Source of the DNA: Firmicutes bacterium CAG:95 | GTDB taxonomy: Bacteria; Bacillota; Clostridia; Lachnospirales; Lachnospiraceae | Reading direction: 5' to 3' | NCBI GenBank assembly: GCA_000438155.1 | Contig: FR902981.1 | Span: 22,734 to 86,733, forward strand | DNA length: 64,000 nt | Shown here: positions 48,046 through 58,000 of the stretch, in pieces | Layout: the number at the start of each line of letters is the position of its first letter | Numbering within the stretch: the first letter of the stretch is position 1 | Notes under the pieces: generated by a model | What the model was told of the DNA's origin: nothing | The model's input: the letters and a program-made list of their open reading frames with translations, nothing else | Databases searched by the model: none | Made by a program: the position numbers and the translations under genes

Positions 48046-48543
48046 TTATTTCCGATTATCAAGAAGCTCCATAAGTGGAGAAATCAAAGAGGCTATGCGA
48101 AGATACTTTGCAATTTTATCTTTCCCAAGACAGTATTCCTCGCTGACTTTTTCATTAGCATTTAACTTTTTCCGAATTTCAGACCAAGTCCCGTTTTCCC
48201 CAATTTCATGCGGGTTTACGAGTTCTTCAATCTCTTTTATCAGATCATTTCTCCGCCCCTGGCTTTTGATTGCATCATAGTGCTGTTTCAGACAATATGC
48301 CTTTTCAGAGGGGCTTAAATCATCAAAAGAACGCTGGCGCAGATTTGTCTCTGTCGCAATCAGAATGGCATCCTCATAGGTCAGATTTTCCTTGATAATG
48401 ACCGGACCTTTGGTAAGTCCGGCGATACTTCCTGCGTTCTGTCTGTTATGTCCGCTTAAAATCGTGTTTTTTCCGTCATGTACCCATACGTTTGCTTCCT
48501 TTCTCTTGTTGAATTTGTTATTTTGGTTACATTGGATTCTCAT
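48046..48543 (-). CDS. ParB/Srx-like nuclease-domain protein
   Basis: ILSGHNRQNAGSIAGL plus downstream helical region matches the ParB N-terminal (sulfiredoxin-fold) domain, common on ICEs, plasmids and phage. Confidence 0.5.
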   Translation of the reverse strand: MRIQCNQNNKFNKRKEANVWVHDGKNTILSGHNRQNAGSIAGLTKGPVIIKENLTYEDAILIATETNLRQRSFDDLSPSEKAYCLKQHYDAIKSQGRRNDLIKEIEELVNPHEIGENGTWSEIRKKLNANEKVSEEYCLGKDKIAKYLRIASLISPLMELLDNRK

Positions 48544-48710
48544 ACAGGCAACGAGCCAAGATCAGGCTTGCTGAACCTTAGCGACTGCCCATAGTTTCAA
48601 TTTCATATGACACTTGGATAAAAGTAGGACTGTTCACTTACCTCCTCTGTTCTTGTGCGGCAGCTAAATCAGCCTCTATCCTGCAATTTCCTTTTCCAGC
48701 CTTTTTCCGG

Positions 48711-48762
48711 GCGAAAAAACGGGACTAAAAGAGCCTGCATAGAAGAAGGCTAATTTAGTCCC
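48711..48762 (-). terminator. Rho-independent terminator on the minus strand downstream of the S8 protease gene
   Basis: gggactaaa...tttagtccc hairpin. On the minus strand it is followed by guuuuuucgc. Confidence 0.45.
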
Positions 48763-48957
48763 ACTCAAAATTCATTTTTTGCATTTTGTAGCTTATTACC
48801 GCAAACAACCCTCCTTATGTTACATAATTGCTACATCATGCGATTTTACTCCAAAATATGATTGCAAACAGGCCTGTCCTAACCAAACTTCTGAATAAAA
48901 TCAGTATTTTTCATTAGGACTGAATTAGCGGAATCCCCTTTGTTTACGGGCTTCTTA

Positions 48958-50652
48958 CTAACGTAACCTTATTATATCCCCCTCCCCCCATTCCATAAGA
49001 AGTGCAGCACTTCCTGAAGCAAAGGGCGTGGCAAAGGAGGTTCCTGACACGGCAACCGGAACATTTCCCGGACTTAACGTTTTAATGTTTACTCCTGGTG
49101 CTACAAAATCCGGTTTTATGTTAATCGATGAAGGAGGCATATTCCTGCCTCTTCCAGAAAAATCCGCATAGGCTTCAGTATAGGTATCATAGGCCCCAAC
49201 GGTAATCACTCTGGCTGCTGTAGAAGGTATCGTCAGTGTCTTTTCCGGTGTTGACTGAAAAAAGCGGGTTTCCACGCTAAGCACAGAGCTGCTTGGCAGA
49301 TAGAAGTCATACCCTCCACCTTCCACCTGTACCGGCTCTATCATAAAGCTCCAGACCCCTTGGTTAACATAACTATTCGCCGGTAAAAAATCAAAATATA
49401 TTTCCTGTCTGACGGAATACGGGGTGGGCTCACCCTGATAAATCAAAAGCTCTGTATCTTCCATCCGATAACGCACGGCTGTATCTAATGCAGAATTAAG
49501 CTGCAGGATCTGCCCTCCGGGAGATTGTAAGACAATCCGGAAGGTATCAGTATACTCCTTCCATAGCTGCACACTGAATGACGCCTGATACTCACCAACT
49601 GCCAATTCGGTCCGTGGTATATTTCCCTGTGCATCCCTGTTAAATGTTCCGGCTGCATGCCCTCCGGCTGCTCCCTCATTGCCACTCCCTACACAGATCA
49701 CACATCTCCCGAGCTCTGCAATATTATCAAGGAACCTCTCTACAAGTGATGTTCCGTCATGAACCCCATAGGTATTTCCAAAGCTCAGATTAATCACAAG
49801 CGGCATGGAGAGCTGCAGTGCCGTCCGGGCAGCAAAGGTAAGTCCCCTCATCAGTTCTGTAGTCTTGGGAAAAGAATTCGGTCTGCTGTTCCCGAGCTTT
49901 ACAATCAGCAGTTCTGCTTCCGGTGCCACTCCCTGAAACCTGCCATCCATAAAATTCCCTGATCCTGCCGCAATCGTTGCAACTGCGGTTCCATGTCCGG
50001 AAGTGTCCACACTTGGCACGAGCTGTAACGGTGCAGTACTCTGCAATGCCGCATCAATCCGTTCTTTCGAAAACATGACTCCCTGGGTAAAGCCTTCAGG
50101 CGGTAAGCTTTGCATAAATTCTTCATTATGATCCGTAAGAAGTACATCCACCTCCTTCGGATTTAATGTCTGATCCCATAAATAACGGATTCTCGTTTTT
50201 CCACCTTTTTCCTGAAACTCCGGACTCTGATAATCAATTCCGGAATCCAGTATGGCCATTAATACTCCTTTCCCAGACAGGAACGGATCTCTCACCGTAA
50301 CCTCCGGGATACAGGAGGTCTGCTTCCCGTCCAGCACCGAAAAATACAACCGCTTTGGTTTTTCGATATATTCTACCTCCGGCAGCTCCGCAAACGACTC
50401 AATCAGAGATTCCGGTAGTGTTACGATCGCATAGCCTGCAATCAATTCCTCTACCTGTATCAGATCCCCAGACAGCGGCTGCAGGCTTCCGTTGTATTTC
50501 ACAATCAGCTCCCAGCGTTTCTCCTCCTCCAGATATCCCACATCCAGCTGTCTGGACTTTTCCCGTTCTTCCCCGGTTGCCTCTAATGACAGATTTAATA
50601 CACCTTCCAGCTTCTGATTCTGCATCCTTTTCCCCCACAATTCTATCTGCAT
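48958..50652 (-). CDS. Subtilisin-like S8 serine protease without a signal peptide. It is possibly a CspB-like germination protease, or a pro-peptide processing protease.
   Basis: Catalytic triad contexts AILDSGID (Asp), SGHGTAVATIAAG (His) and GTSFATPFASGSAALL (Ser). 564 aa with an N-terminal prodomain-like region and no secretion signal. Confidence 0.7.
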   Translation of the reverse strand: MQIELWGKRMQNQKLEGVLNLSLEATGEEREKSRQLDVGYLEEEKRWELIVKYNGSLQPLSGDLIQVEELIAGYAIVTLPESLIESFAELPEVEYIEKPKRLYFSVLDGKQTSCIPEVTVRDPFLSGKGVLMAILDSGIDYQSPEFQEKGGKTRIRYLWDQTLNPKEVDVLLTDHNEEFMQSLPPEGFTQGVMFSKERIDAALQSTAPLQLVPSVDTSGHGTAVATIAAGSGNFMDGRFQGVAPEAELLIVKLGNSRPNSFPKTTELMRGLTFAARTALQLSMPLVINLSFGNTYGVHDGTSLVERFLDNIAELGRCVICVGSGNEGAAGGHAAGTFNRDAQGNIPRTELAVGEYQASFSVQLWKEYTDTFRIVLQSPGGQILQLNSALDTAVRYRMEDTELLIYQGEPTPYSVRQEIYFDFLPANSYVNQGVWSFMIEPVQVEGGGYDFYLPSSSVLSVETRFFQSTPEKTLTIPSTAARVITVGAYDTYTEAYADFSGRGRNMPPSSINIKPDFVAPGVNIKTLSPGNVPVAVSGTSFATPFASGSAALLMEWGEGDIIRLR

Positions 50653-50832
50653 AGCAGTTCTGTTAGTTAAGGAGACTGCCCACTCCTGAATTAAATTCTT
50701 GCGAAGCCTGACATCATGTGTCCGGCTGCTGTTTAAATACTAACAATTGTTACATATATATACGCAAGAAATAAATTGAATATTTCTGACAGATCCGATA
50801 AAATGTAATTTATAAAATATAACCAGGGAAAT

Positions 50833-51810
50833 TTGATTATGATTAACAATTCCGAAGATATACAAAAACAGACTGATCAGCGCATATGCTTTTCCGGGGA
50901 AACTGAATATCCGGTTCACGTTACCTATGTGGATCTGAACCGTTCCTATATGAACCGGATTGGCTGGAACTGGCATCCGGAAATTGAGGTATTTCTGGTG
51001 GAAGAAGGCTCTGCCATTATTTATTACGATGACAGCCAGATATCCCTGGAGGTCGGACAGGGCGTGATTATCAATCAGAATGTCATGCATTCCATTCTTT
51101 CTGTTTCTCCGTCCCAGAGCTGCAAACTGTTTTCCTATGCCTTCCACCCTTCCTTTCTGTTCGGTTATGGAGATACTCTGTTTACCAGTAAATATGTAAC
51201 CCCTCTGCTTCATCATGCAGGTCTCCGGGCACTTCACCTTCATTCTTCCGATGAAGGACTTGCCCATATTCTGTCCCTTTCCTACCGGATCGTCCAGTTA
51301 AATAAGGATCAGGAATGGGGCTATGAACTGGCAACCAAAGCCTGTATCTGTGAGCTCTGGTGTGAACTTCTCAGAAAGTTTCCTTTCACCCCGGAAAAGA
51401 CCCGGCACACAGCAGTTCTCACCTCCGATGAACTCCGTACCAGGGAAATTATGAAATACATTGAAATCCATTATGCTGAACGCATCACACTGGATGATCT
51501 TGCAGCCCAGGTACACATCAGCAAAAGCGAGTGTTGCCGCTGTGTTAAGCGCTGCCTTCACATGACACCGGTCGAATATCTGATGAAATACCGCATCTAT
51601 ATGGCGGCCTATCTGATTCAGAAAAATGATCCTGCCGTATCTTCTATTTCAGATCTTGCCTTTCAGGTTGGCTTTAACAATGCCAGCTATTTCAATAAGG
51701 TGTTCCGGCAGTACCTGCAGTGTACTCCCGGAGAATTCCGTAAGAAGATTCGCCAGAACCCGGATTTTCAACCTTTTCATACTGACTTTTATTCGGAAAA
51801 TCTCTCCTGA
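50833..51810 (+). CDS. AraC-family transcriptional regulator (cupin-type sensor domain plus HTH)
   Basis: The C-terminal two-HTH AraC domain (LDDLAAQVHISKSECCRCVKRCLHMTPVEYL...GFNNASYFNKVFRQY). Confidence 0.8.
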   Translation: MIMINNSEDIQKQTDQRICFSGETEYPVHVTYVDLNRSYMNRIGWNWHPEIEVFLVEEGSAIIYYDDSQISLEVGQGVIINQNVMHSILSVSPSQSCKLFSYAFHPSFLFGYGDTLFTSKYVTPLLHHAGLRALHLHSSDEGLAHILSLSYRIVQLNKDQEWGYELATKACICELWCELLRKFPFTPEKTRHTAVLTSDELRTREIMKYIEIHYAERITLDDLAAQVHISKSECCRCVKRCLHMTPVEYLMKYRIYMAAYLIQKNDPAVSSISDLAFQVGFNNASYFNKVFRQYLQCTPGEFRKKIRQNPDFQPFHTDFYSENLS

Positions 51811-53211
51811 TCATCGATTGCAGAGTTCCTCGGTCTGCTCATCTGCCTTCTGATAGCAGGCTGCAATCTCCTGCTGCAGCGAAGCCAGCTTCTGCATTTT
51901 CTTTCCCAAATGCTCTACCTCAGAAGCTACCTGTTTTAGCTGAAACGTCACCAGATTTCTGCCCTGCATGTAAAAGGGCATTTCCTTTTCATAGCTTTGG
52001 ATCTGCTCTCCCAGCCTTATCGTTTCCTCTGCTGCCGCAGATAATCCCTCACTCTTTGAAGCAAGTGCTTCATAATCCACCTCGATACAGATTCTGTCCG
52101 GTATTTCCTTCGTATAAGAATCTTCCCACAATGTCTTTCCAAGGAAGTTGAGTCCCCCTGCGGTTTTGGTTGTTGCATCCGTAATTGCCGGAATACCGGC
52201 AAATAAAAAGTGTTTTACATCAGCCAGGGTCGTCTTTTCCCCATTCAGTCCACGGGAGGCTCCACCTGCCGCTTCAATTCCCTGCATCACAACATTGGCT
52301 GCTCCTGCCCGTTCCTCCTCCGGCAGCTTCATAATCTCTTTGGAAAGCTCCGACGCATATTTTCCAAGGGATCCCTGCTTTAAAACTTCTTCATTTCTTC
52401 TTCCTGTAAATTGTGTCACCCATTTTCCTGTTGTCCGGTCCAGCACCAAGGTGGCAAACATATAAGTAATATCATGATATCCGGCAAAGTTTCCCTTCTG
52501 TACCGGAGTCCTGATATAGGTCACATGATTCTCCGGAATGATCTGGTTTCCCAACGGACTTACATAATCATTCTCTCCGTGAATTCCATATAACTTCTGT
52601 ATCCGGCCCTGATATTCTGCTTCACTGTATTTACGCTGGAATCTTGCATCCGCTTTCTCAGACATTCCCTGCCCATCCACGGAATAACAGCGGTCAATCA
52701 GATCTCCAAATTCTGTTTCCATAGTTACAAACTGCGCTTTATTTCCACCTTTGGAATGCCCGGTTACGATTACTCTCTGATTCTCTGTAAGCTGCGCCTT
52801 TCTTGCCACGGTATCAAAATAATCAACGGCGCGCTGTTGCTGTGTCGTGATTTCCTTCGTCATGCCCAGTCCATTATCCGGCCATTCACCATCTCCTGTC
52901 CCCCGGTAGGCAACAAAGATGCGGTCATTCTTCTCATCCAGAAAGGTACACGCCTTCGTTCCATGGTCAAACCCAAGCGTACTGCTCGCATAACATACCT
53001 TAAGGTTACCGATCTGCTCATCCTGCACTGCCTGCTCCAGAATCCGGTATTCATTCTGGTACGTACCTCCCGTTCCGTATTCCGGGACACCGGAAAGCTT
53101 CCCGATCACCTCTTTTAATTCCACCGGTTCCTTAGAAGCTTCCTGATATCCCAGATACATATAGGTATCCAGAATCATGCTGATCTCTTCTTCTGTATAC
53201 TTTCTACCCAT
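51811..53211 (-). CDS. Putative T7SS-secreted lipase/esterase toxin. N-terminal alpha/beta-hydrolase (Mbeg1-like/DUF2974-type, GHSKGG nucleophile elbow), C-terminal helical domain. This is the reversed-LXG, TslA-like arrangement.
   Basis: GxSxG-type motif VTGHSKGGNKAQFV in the N-terminal 300 aa. The last approximately 120 aa are predicted helical/coiled-coil (..TFQLKQVASEVEHLGKKMQKLASLQQEIAACYQKADEQTEEL). The start is 9 nt downstream of a WXG100 gene in the EssC operon. Confidence 0.6.
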   Translation of the reverse strand: MGRKYTEEEISMILDTYMYLGYQEASKEPVELKEVIGKLSGVPEYGTGGTYQNEYRILEQAVQDEQIGNLKVCYASSTLGFDHGTKACTFLDEKNDRIFVAYRGTGDGEWPDNGLGMTKEITTQQQRAVDYFDTVARKAQLTENQRVIVTGHSKGGNKAQFVTMETEFGDLIDRCYSVDGQGMSEKADARFQRKYSEAEYQGRIQKLYGIHGENDYVSPLGNQIIPENHVTYIRTPVQKGNFAGYHDITYMFATLVLDRTTGKWVTQFTGRRNEEVLKQGSLGKYASELSKEIMKLPEEERAGAANVVMQGIEAAGGASRGLNGEKTTLADVKHFLFAGIPAITDATTKTAGGLNFLGKTLWEDSYTKEIPDRICIEVDYEALASKSEGLSAAAEETIRLGEQIQSYEKEMPFYMQGRNLVTFQLKQVASEVEHLGKKMQKLASLQQEIAACYQKADEQTEELCNR

Positions 53212-53220
53212 ATCCTGCTC

Positions 53221-53535
53221 CTAGTTGATGATATTGGATTCCAGACCGCTTCCCTGTTCCATATTGCCGCTTTCCGCTCTCTGGTAATGACCGGCCATCT
53301 CCGTCAGATCCTGTGAATGCTCCGCAATCATCCGGTAAAGCTTATCCATATCCGTCTGCAGGGTTTTAAAACGGGTCAGAAACGTTCCGGACGCTTCTCC
53401 CTGCCAGATTCCCTGCAGTGAATCCACCAGGGTCATCATTTCTCCTGTCAGATTCTTTACCTGTGTTCCTGTTGTTGCAAATGTACCGGATGCCTGAATC
53501 AGTTTTTCCGGTGTAACCTTTAAAATACCTTCCAT
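53221..53535 (-). CDS. esxA: WXG100 (EsxA-like) protein
   Basis: About 100-aa helical hairpin protein with the central WXG motif (LQGIWQGEASGTF). Confidence 0.75.
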   Translation of the reverse strand: MEGILKVTPEKLIQASGTFATTGTQVKNLTGEMMTLVDSLQGIWQGEASGTFLTRFKTLQTDMDKLYRMIAEHSQDLTEMAGHYQRAESGNMEQGSGLESNIIN

Positions 53536-53558
53536 ATGCTGTATCCTCCCGATTTTAT

Positions 53559-53858
53559 TTAGTAACTGCGTGATGCTGCAATTTCTGCATTTCTTGCTTC
53601 CACCTCTTCATATCTGGCGGCAATTTCAAGCATGACCTCAACATATCGCTCAATCAGCTTCTCAAAGAGAAGCATCTGCTCCTTATCCCTTGCAAATGCG
53701 TGGTGAAAGGCTTCCTTGGCCTGCCCATCCCACATACTGCACAATTCCTGTTCCTGGGAATCCAGTTCATTGCACTTTGCCCGGAACTGACCGTTTAAGC
53801 CCCGTAAGTTTTCCGCCTTATTTCTTAATTCTCTTGAAGTAACCTCAAAAAATGCCAT
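53559..53858 (-). CDS. WXG100-like small helical protein
   Basis: 99 aa, W-x-G at CSMWDGQAKEAF. Confidence 0.65.
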   Translation of the reverse strand: MAFFEVTSRELRNKAENLRGLNGQFRAKCNELDSQEQELCSMWDGQAKEAFHHAFARDKEQMLLFEKLIERYVEVMLEIAARYEEVEARNAEIAASRSY

Positions 53859-53869
53859 AATATCCCTCC

Positions 53870-54184
53870 CTAATACGTTCTTAGATTTCCAATTGCTTCA
53901 TTGCATTTTTCGGCACAATACATAGCTTTTGCGTAACCCTCTACCATACGTGCCACCTTTTTTAATTCATCCGCTTCGCCGGATAATCTGGTACATAATC
54001 TCACCTCCCTTTCCATGAAAAGGTCTGCACTTTCTCCCATCCAGCACAGCTTCGTCTCCAACAGGAGCTGACAAATCTTTTCATCTGCCAATAGCCGGAT
54101 CTGGTCTGCGGTTGTCTGCATCTGATCCGCTAATTCCTGCAGCCTGTTAAACTGAACCTCAATCCATTCCTGCAGCATCCACAT
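53870..54184 (-). CDS. WXG100-like small helical protein. Start moved to the internal MWMLQEW, because the upstream extension is a K/R-rich out-of-frame overlap.
   Basis: W-x-G at CWMGESADLF. About 105 aa. Confidence 0.5.
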   Translation of the reverse strand: MWMLQEWIEVQFNRLQELADQMQTTADQIRLLADEKICQLLLETKLCWMGESADLFMEREVRLCTRLSGEADELKKVARMVEGYAKAMYCAEKCNEAIGNLRTY

Positions 54185-54455
54185 TTCCCCTTTCTGCCTG
54201 TTCGTAATACTCTGCAATCTGAAAAAGGCGCTCTGCAAACCACTTCGTTCTTTCAAACGGCCACCCCGCCGCTTCCAGTTCCTCTTTTGCAATTATACAG
54301 AGCCGTTCCATCCCTTTTGTTTCAAATTTTATGGCAAGTGCCATAAACCGTTCCACCGTTTCCTGATACTGCGCAAGAGCCTGCTCACATTCTTCGCTGA
54401 GCAATGCAGCTTCCTCCCGCAGATATTCCGAACGGACCTTCACCATTCCATCCAT
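54159..54455 (-). CDS. Small helical protein (about 98 aa) of the WXG100/partner class. Start taken at the internal MDGMVKV.
   Basis: Helical, E/A-rich. Lies between two WXG100 genes. Confidence 0.45.
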   Translation of the reverse strand: MDGMVKVRSEYLREEAALLSEECEQALAQYQETVERFMALAIKFETKGMERLCIIAKEELEAAGWPFERTKWFAERLFQIAEYYEQAERGNVDAAGMD

Positions 54456-54459
54456 ATCT

Positions 54460-54756
54460 CTACACTTCCTGTGCACGCATAATATTGTTTTGTTCCACAG
54501 CTGCAAGTAATATTCCCATCTGCTCTGCCCTGTCCAGAATTTCCTGCATGGCTGTCACATGCTCTGTATCCATCCTAAGCCATTCCATAAAGGTATTGAC
54601 CCAGGTGGTTCCTGCTTCTCCTTCCCAATGCTCCTGAAGCATTGCTGATCTTTCTTCCATCCATTTAAGAGAATCCTTTACCTTCATCATCTGCTGCCGC
54701 ATTTCCATAATTTCTTTTTTCAACATACTGCTGTTCATCATTACATGTCCGTTCAC
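54460..54756 (-). CDS. WXG100-like protein
   Basis: 98 aa, W-x-G at LQEHWEGEAGTTW. Confidence 0.65.
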   Translation of the reverse strand: MNGHVMMNSSMLKKEIMEMRQQMMKVKDSLKWMEERSAMLQEHWEGEAGTTWVNTFMEWLRMDTEHVTAMQEILDRAEQMGILLAAVEQNNIMRAQEV

Positions 54757-54829
54757 GGTAACCTTGTCCTTTCTACCCGGTTTTGTAATCCAATATCCAT
54801 TCTAAATTTCATTTTCAAGCGCTTCCTGC

Positions 54830-55075
54830 TCAGATCAAAACAAATGGCTCTCCCGGAAGAATACCCTGTGAGATCAGACTCTGTTCCGGATCCATCACCC
54901 GCTCGAGATCAAGTGCATACAGATAATAATTTTTTTCTTCAAAAGAAACCTCCTCCTTACGTTCAATCAGTTCTAAGCTCTGCCTGACAATTTCCCCTGC
55001 CGGCATCTCTCCGTTCCATTCAAAATCATAGCTTTCATTCAGCATCGGCACATAAAGATCTGCCATTATCATCAT
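54830..55075 (-). CDS. esaB: YukD/EsaB-like ubiquitin-fold protein of a type VIIb secretion system
   Basis: About 80-aa acidic protein (MADLYVPMLNESYDFEWNGEMPAGEIVRQSLELIE...) that starts 4 nt after the essC stop. Size and position match the YukD/EsaB beta-grasp protein. Alternative start at 55066. Confidence 0.55.
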   Translation of the reverse strand: MMIMADLYVPMLNESYDFEWNGEMPAGEIVRQSLELIERKEEVSFEEKNYYLYALDLERVMDPEQSLISQGILPGEPFVLI

Positions 55076-55079
55076 ACCT

Positions 55080-58000
55080 CTATTCCTCACCTTCTTTATA
55101 CGGAATGAGAAGCTGCACACTTCCTCCTCCCGATCCCTTTTTCAAAAATCCATTTCCCGGTGGCTCCGACCGGTTCAACAGGGAAAAATTCAATCCCTCA
55201 AATTCCAGTGCCCTCTGCAAGGATGCATTTCCTCCCAGATGAACTCCCCACTGACAGGAGGCCAGGGATTGAAACAATGGTGTTGCATATACTTCCAGAT
55301 CACGCTGCGGATGATACGCTCCGATCACCACTACATTCTGTCTCCGTTTTCCAACCAGATCTTCCCATTGCTGTGTCTTTTCTTTCTCTTCTCCGCAATA
55401 GGAATAAATCTGCCTTGTAAATGCTGCCAGATGTGGAATCATAAGCACAAGCCGGCTTTTCTTCTGCTGTTCCTTTTGCAGCTCTTCCTCCAGCTCCCCT
55501 GCATTCCGGCAGCAGATCACCTCCGGTTCCTTTATTAACCCGGCATGTTCCCCTTCGGTATCCAGAAGCAGTATTTTCCAGTCTGTAACACTTCTCACAC
55601 TGAATAACAGATGATCAATCAGACTGCTCTTTCCGGTCTGATCTGCACCGGATATCAGAAAACCGGAAAGCTTTTGAAGCTCCAGAATTTCAATTGCTCC
55701 TGTTTCCTTGTTATACCCCAGTGGTACCCGGCTGCCTGTTCCGTCATACTTCCGGCTCTTACGATAAACCGTAAGGAACTGCATAAGCTTCGGATATTCC
55801 GGGATCCGCACAATCCGGTCATAAAAGGGCTGCCCCTCCTGATAACCTGCACCCTCCTTATGAAATGCCAGGGTCTGAAACTCCAGAACCCTCTTTTCCT
55901 TTTTACATAATCCTCTTCCTGCAACACCGGCTTTCGGAATCGAAATCCCATGATACTGCCGCAGCACATCCCCATACTGAAAGGGATCGCTTAATTCAAG
56001 TGACAGTGTTGTCTTGATTTTATTCCAAAGCTTTGATTGAAAATCTGACACCCCATTCCCGGTCAGGATAAGAAATACTCCAAGACTGATCCCCTCTGCT
56101 GCCATGGAAAGCAGGAATTCCTCTTCCGCTTCTCCCAGATATCTTCGTAATGTTCCGATACCGTCAACCATGCCGTACAGAACCGGAAGCTTTCCCGGAT
56201 TCTTTCGTATAAAAGTCTTATAATTTTCTCCATTAAGTATCCGTTTCCTTTCACTCCAAAGCTGTCTGAACTGATAAAAGAATACCGGAAGATCCTTAGG
56301 TGTCTGCACCAGCGCAAGACAATGTGGCTGTTCCTCATACAAAAGGAACCCCGGCTGTTCCACAACCAGCAGAAAATATTCTGCCTCCATTGGTGTATTA
56401 TTCCTTGCAATCTGTTCCAGAATAAGGCGGATAAAATGAGACTTTCCTGTTGCCGGTCCTCCACAGATTCCCAGATGCCCCTGTTTCTGCGGTTCATAAT
56501 ACAATACTTTCTGGCACTGATTTTCCGGATCATCATATTTCCCGACCCGGAATACCTGTGCATGGCCGATTTCGTTTTCGGACTCTTCCTTTTCCTGTTC
56601 CTGGATTTTTTCCAGATAAATTACTTCTTCCAGCTCCGGAAGCCACAACAGTCCGGGCCGCCCATATCCATGCTGCTCTGCTATATGGTTTACATAATTC
56701 TCAACGCATTCTATAAGTGAGTCTGCTGTATCACTTACTTTCTCCTTTGGCAGTACGCTTCTCCTTCCGGTTTCCGAAAGAAGAGCCACAGTCTCTTCCT
56801 TCTGTTCCTCCGGCTGATATCTGCCGCCACAGTAGCCCGTCTGGAACAGCTGATATAATTCATCATTCCCAATCTGAAGATAGCATTGTCCGGGAGATGT
56901 CAGATAAGCGGCATCCGGCTTATGAAGCATATCCATACTGTCCTGCTTATCCTGTACACGAAGACAAAGATGGAAACGGGCATTGCTCCAGATCTTATCA
57001 TCTACCGTTCCTGCCGGCTTCTGGGTTGCCAGAATCAGATGCACCCCGAGACTTCTCCCAACCTGTGCAAGCGAAATTACCTCCTGCATGAATTCCGGCT
57101 CTTCTTTCTTTAATTCTGCAAATTCATCAATTACAATGAGCAGATGGGGCAATGCAGCCGCGGCTTTTCCTTCCCGGTAAAGCTGCATATAAGCATCAAT
57201 ATGGTTCACCTCGTATCGGGAAAAAATCCGTTGTCTCCGCTTATTCTCGCTGCTGATTGCAAGCATGGCTCTCCGGATCTGACCACCGGACAGATTGGAT
57301 ATCACTCCTGCACAATGTGGAAAATTCCTGACTGCATTTCCTGTTCCACCACCCTTATAATCAATCACAAAAAAGTTCACATCCTGCGGACTGAACTGGA
57401 TCATAAGGGAAAGCAGGTAGGTTTGAAGCAATTCGCTCTTACCGGAACCTGTTGTTCCCGCAATCAGTCCATGGGGGCCATGAAATTTTTCGTGCACATC
57501 CAGATATACCGGTGCACCCTGCATTCCTTTCCCAATCACTGCCTTAAGACGCTTTTCCGGTCTTGCTTCCTGCCAGCGGACTTCACAGTGAAGTTCTTCG
57601 ATCCGCAGGCAATCAAAGAGTTCCAGGAAATCCACATTTTTAGGAATTCCTTCGTTCTTTCCCCTTCCTGTCCTTTCCCATAACGCAAAGTTCCTGCTAT
57701 AGGAAGAAGCTTTCTTCCGGTCCATGGTATCGTACTGAACAGGAACGGTAATCCTTTTATCCTTTTCATACAGCTGCAGTTCCTGACGATCCTTCTGCCA
57801 GATCATCCGGCTGCGGTATTCCTTAGGAAGCTCCTGTTCTTTCCCTGCAATTCCAACTACCATAACCCGGTCCGCCTTTCCCTCCTGTAAAAGGCTTTGC
57901 AGAACTTCTCCCAGAATCAGCATGGGATCAAACAGAAAAATCAGAAAAGAAACCTGTTCTTTCTGTGCGGAAAGTTCTCTGGTAAGATCCGGGAGAATTT

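Noticed and set aside
48546-48600. Possible third, degenerate copy of the 42-bp repeat (inverted) at the right edge of the AT-rich island (gcaacgagcc...)
   Set aside because: Only an 8-10 nt match. Such a match is expected by chance in 64 kb.
53870-54292. Full-length 140-aa and 115-aa versions of the two overlapping WXG-region ORFs
   Set aside because: Their N-terminal extensions are K/R-rich, overlap the neighbouring gene out of frame, and lack an RBS. I called internal ATG starts instead.
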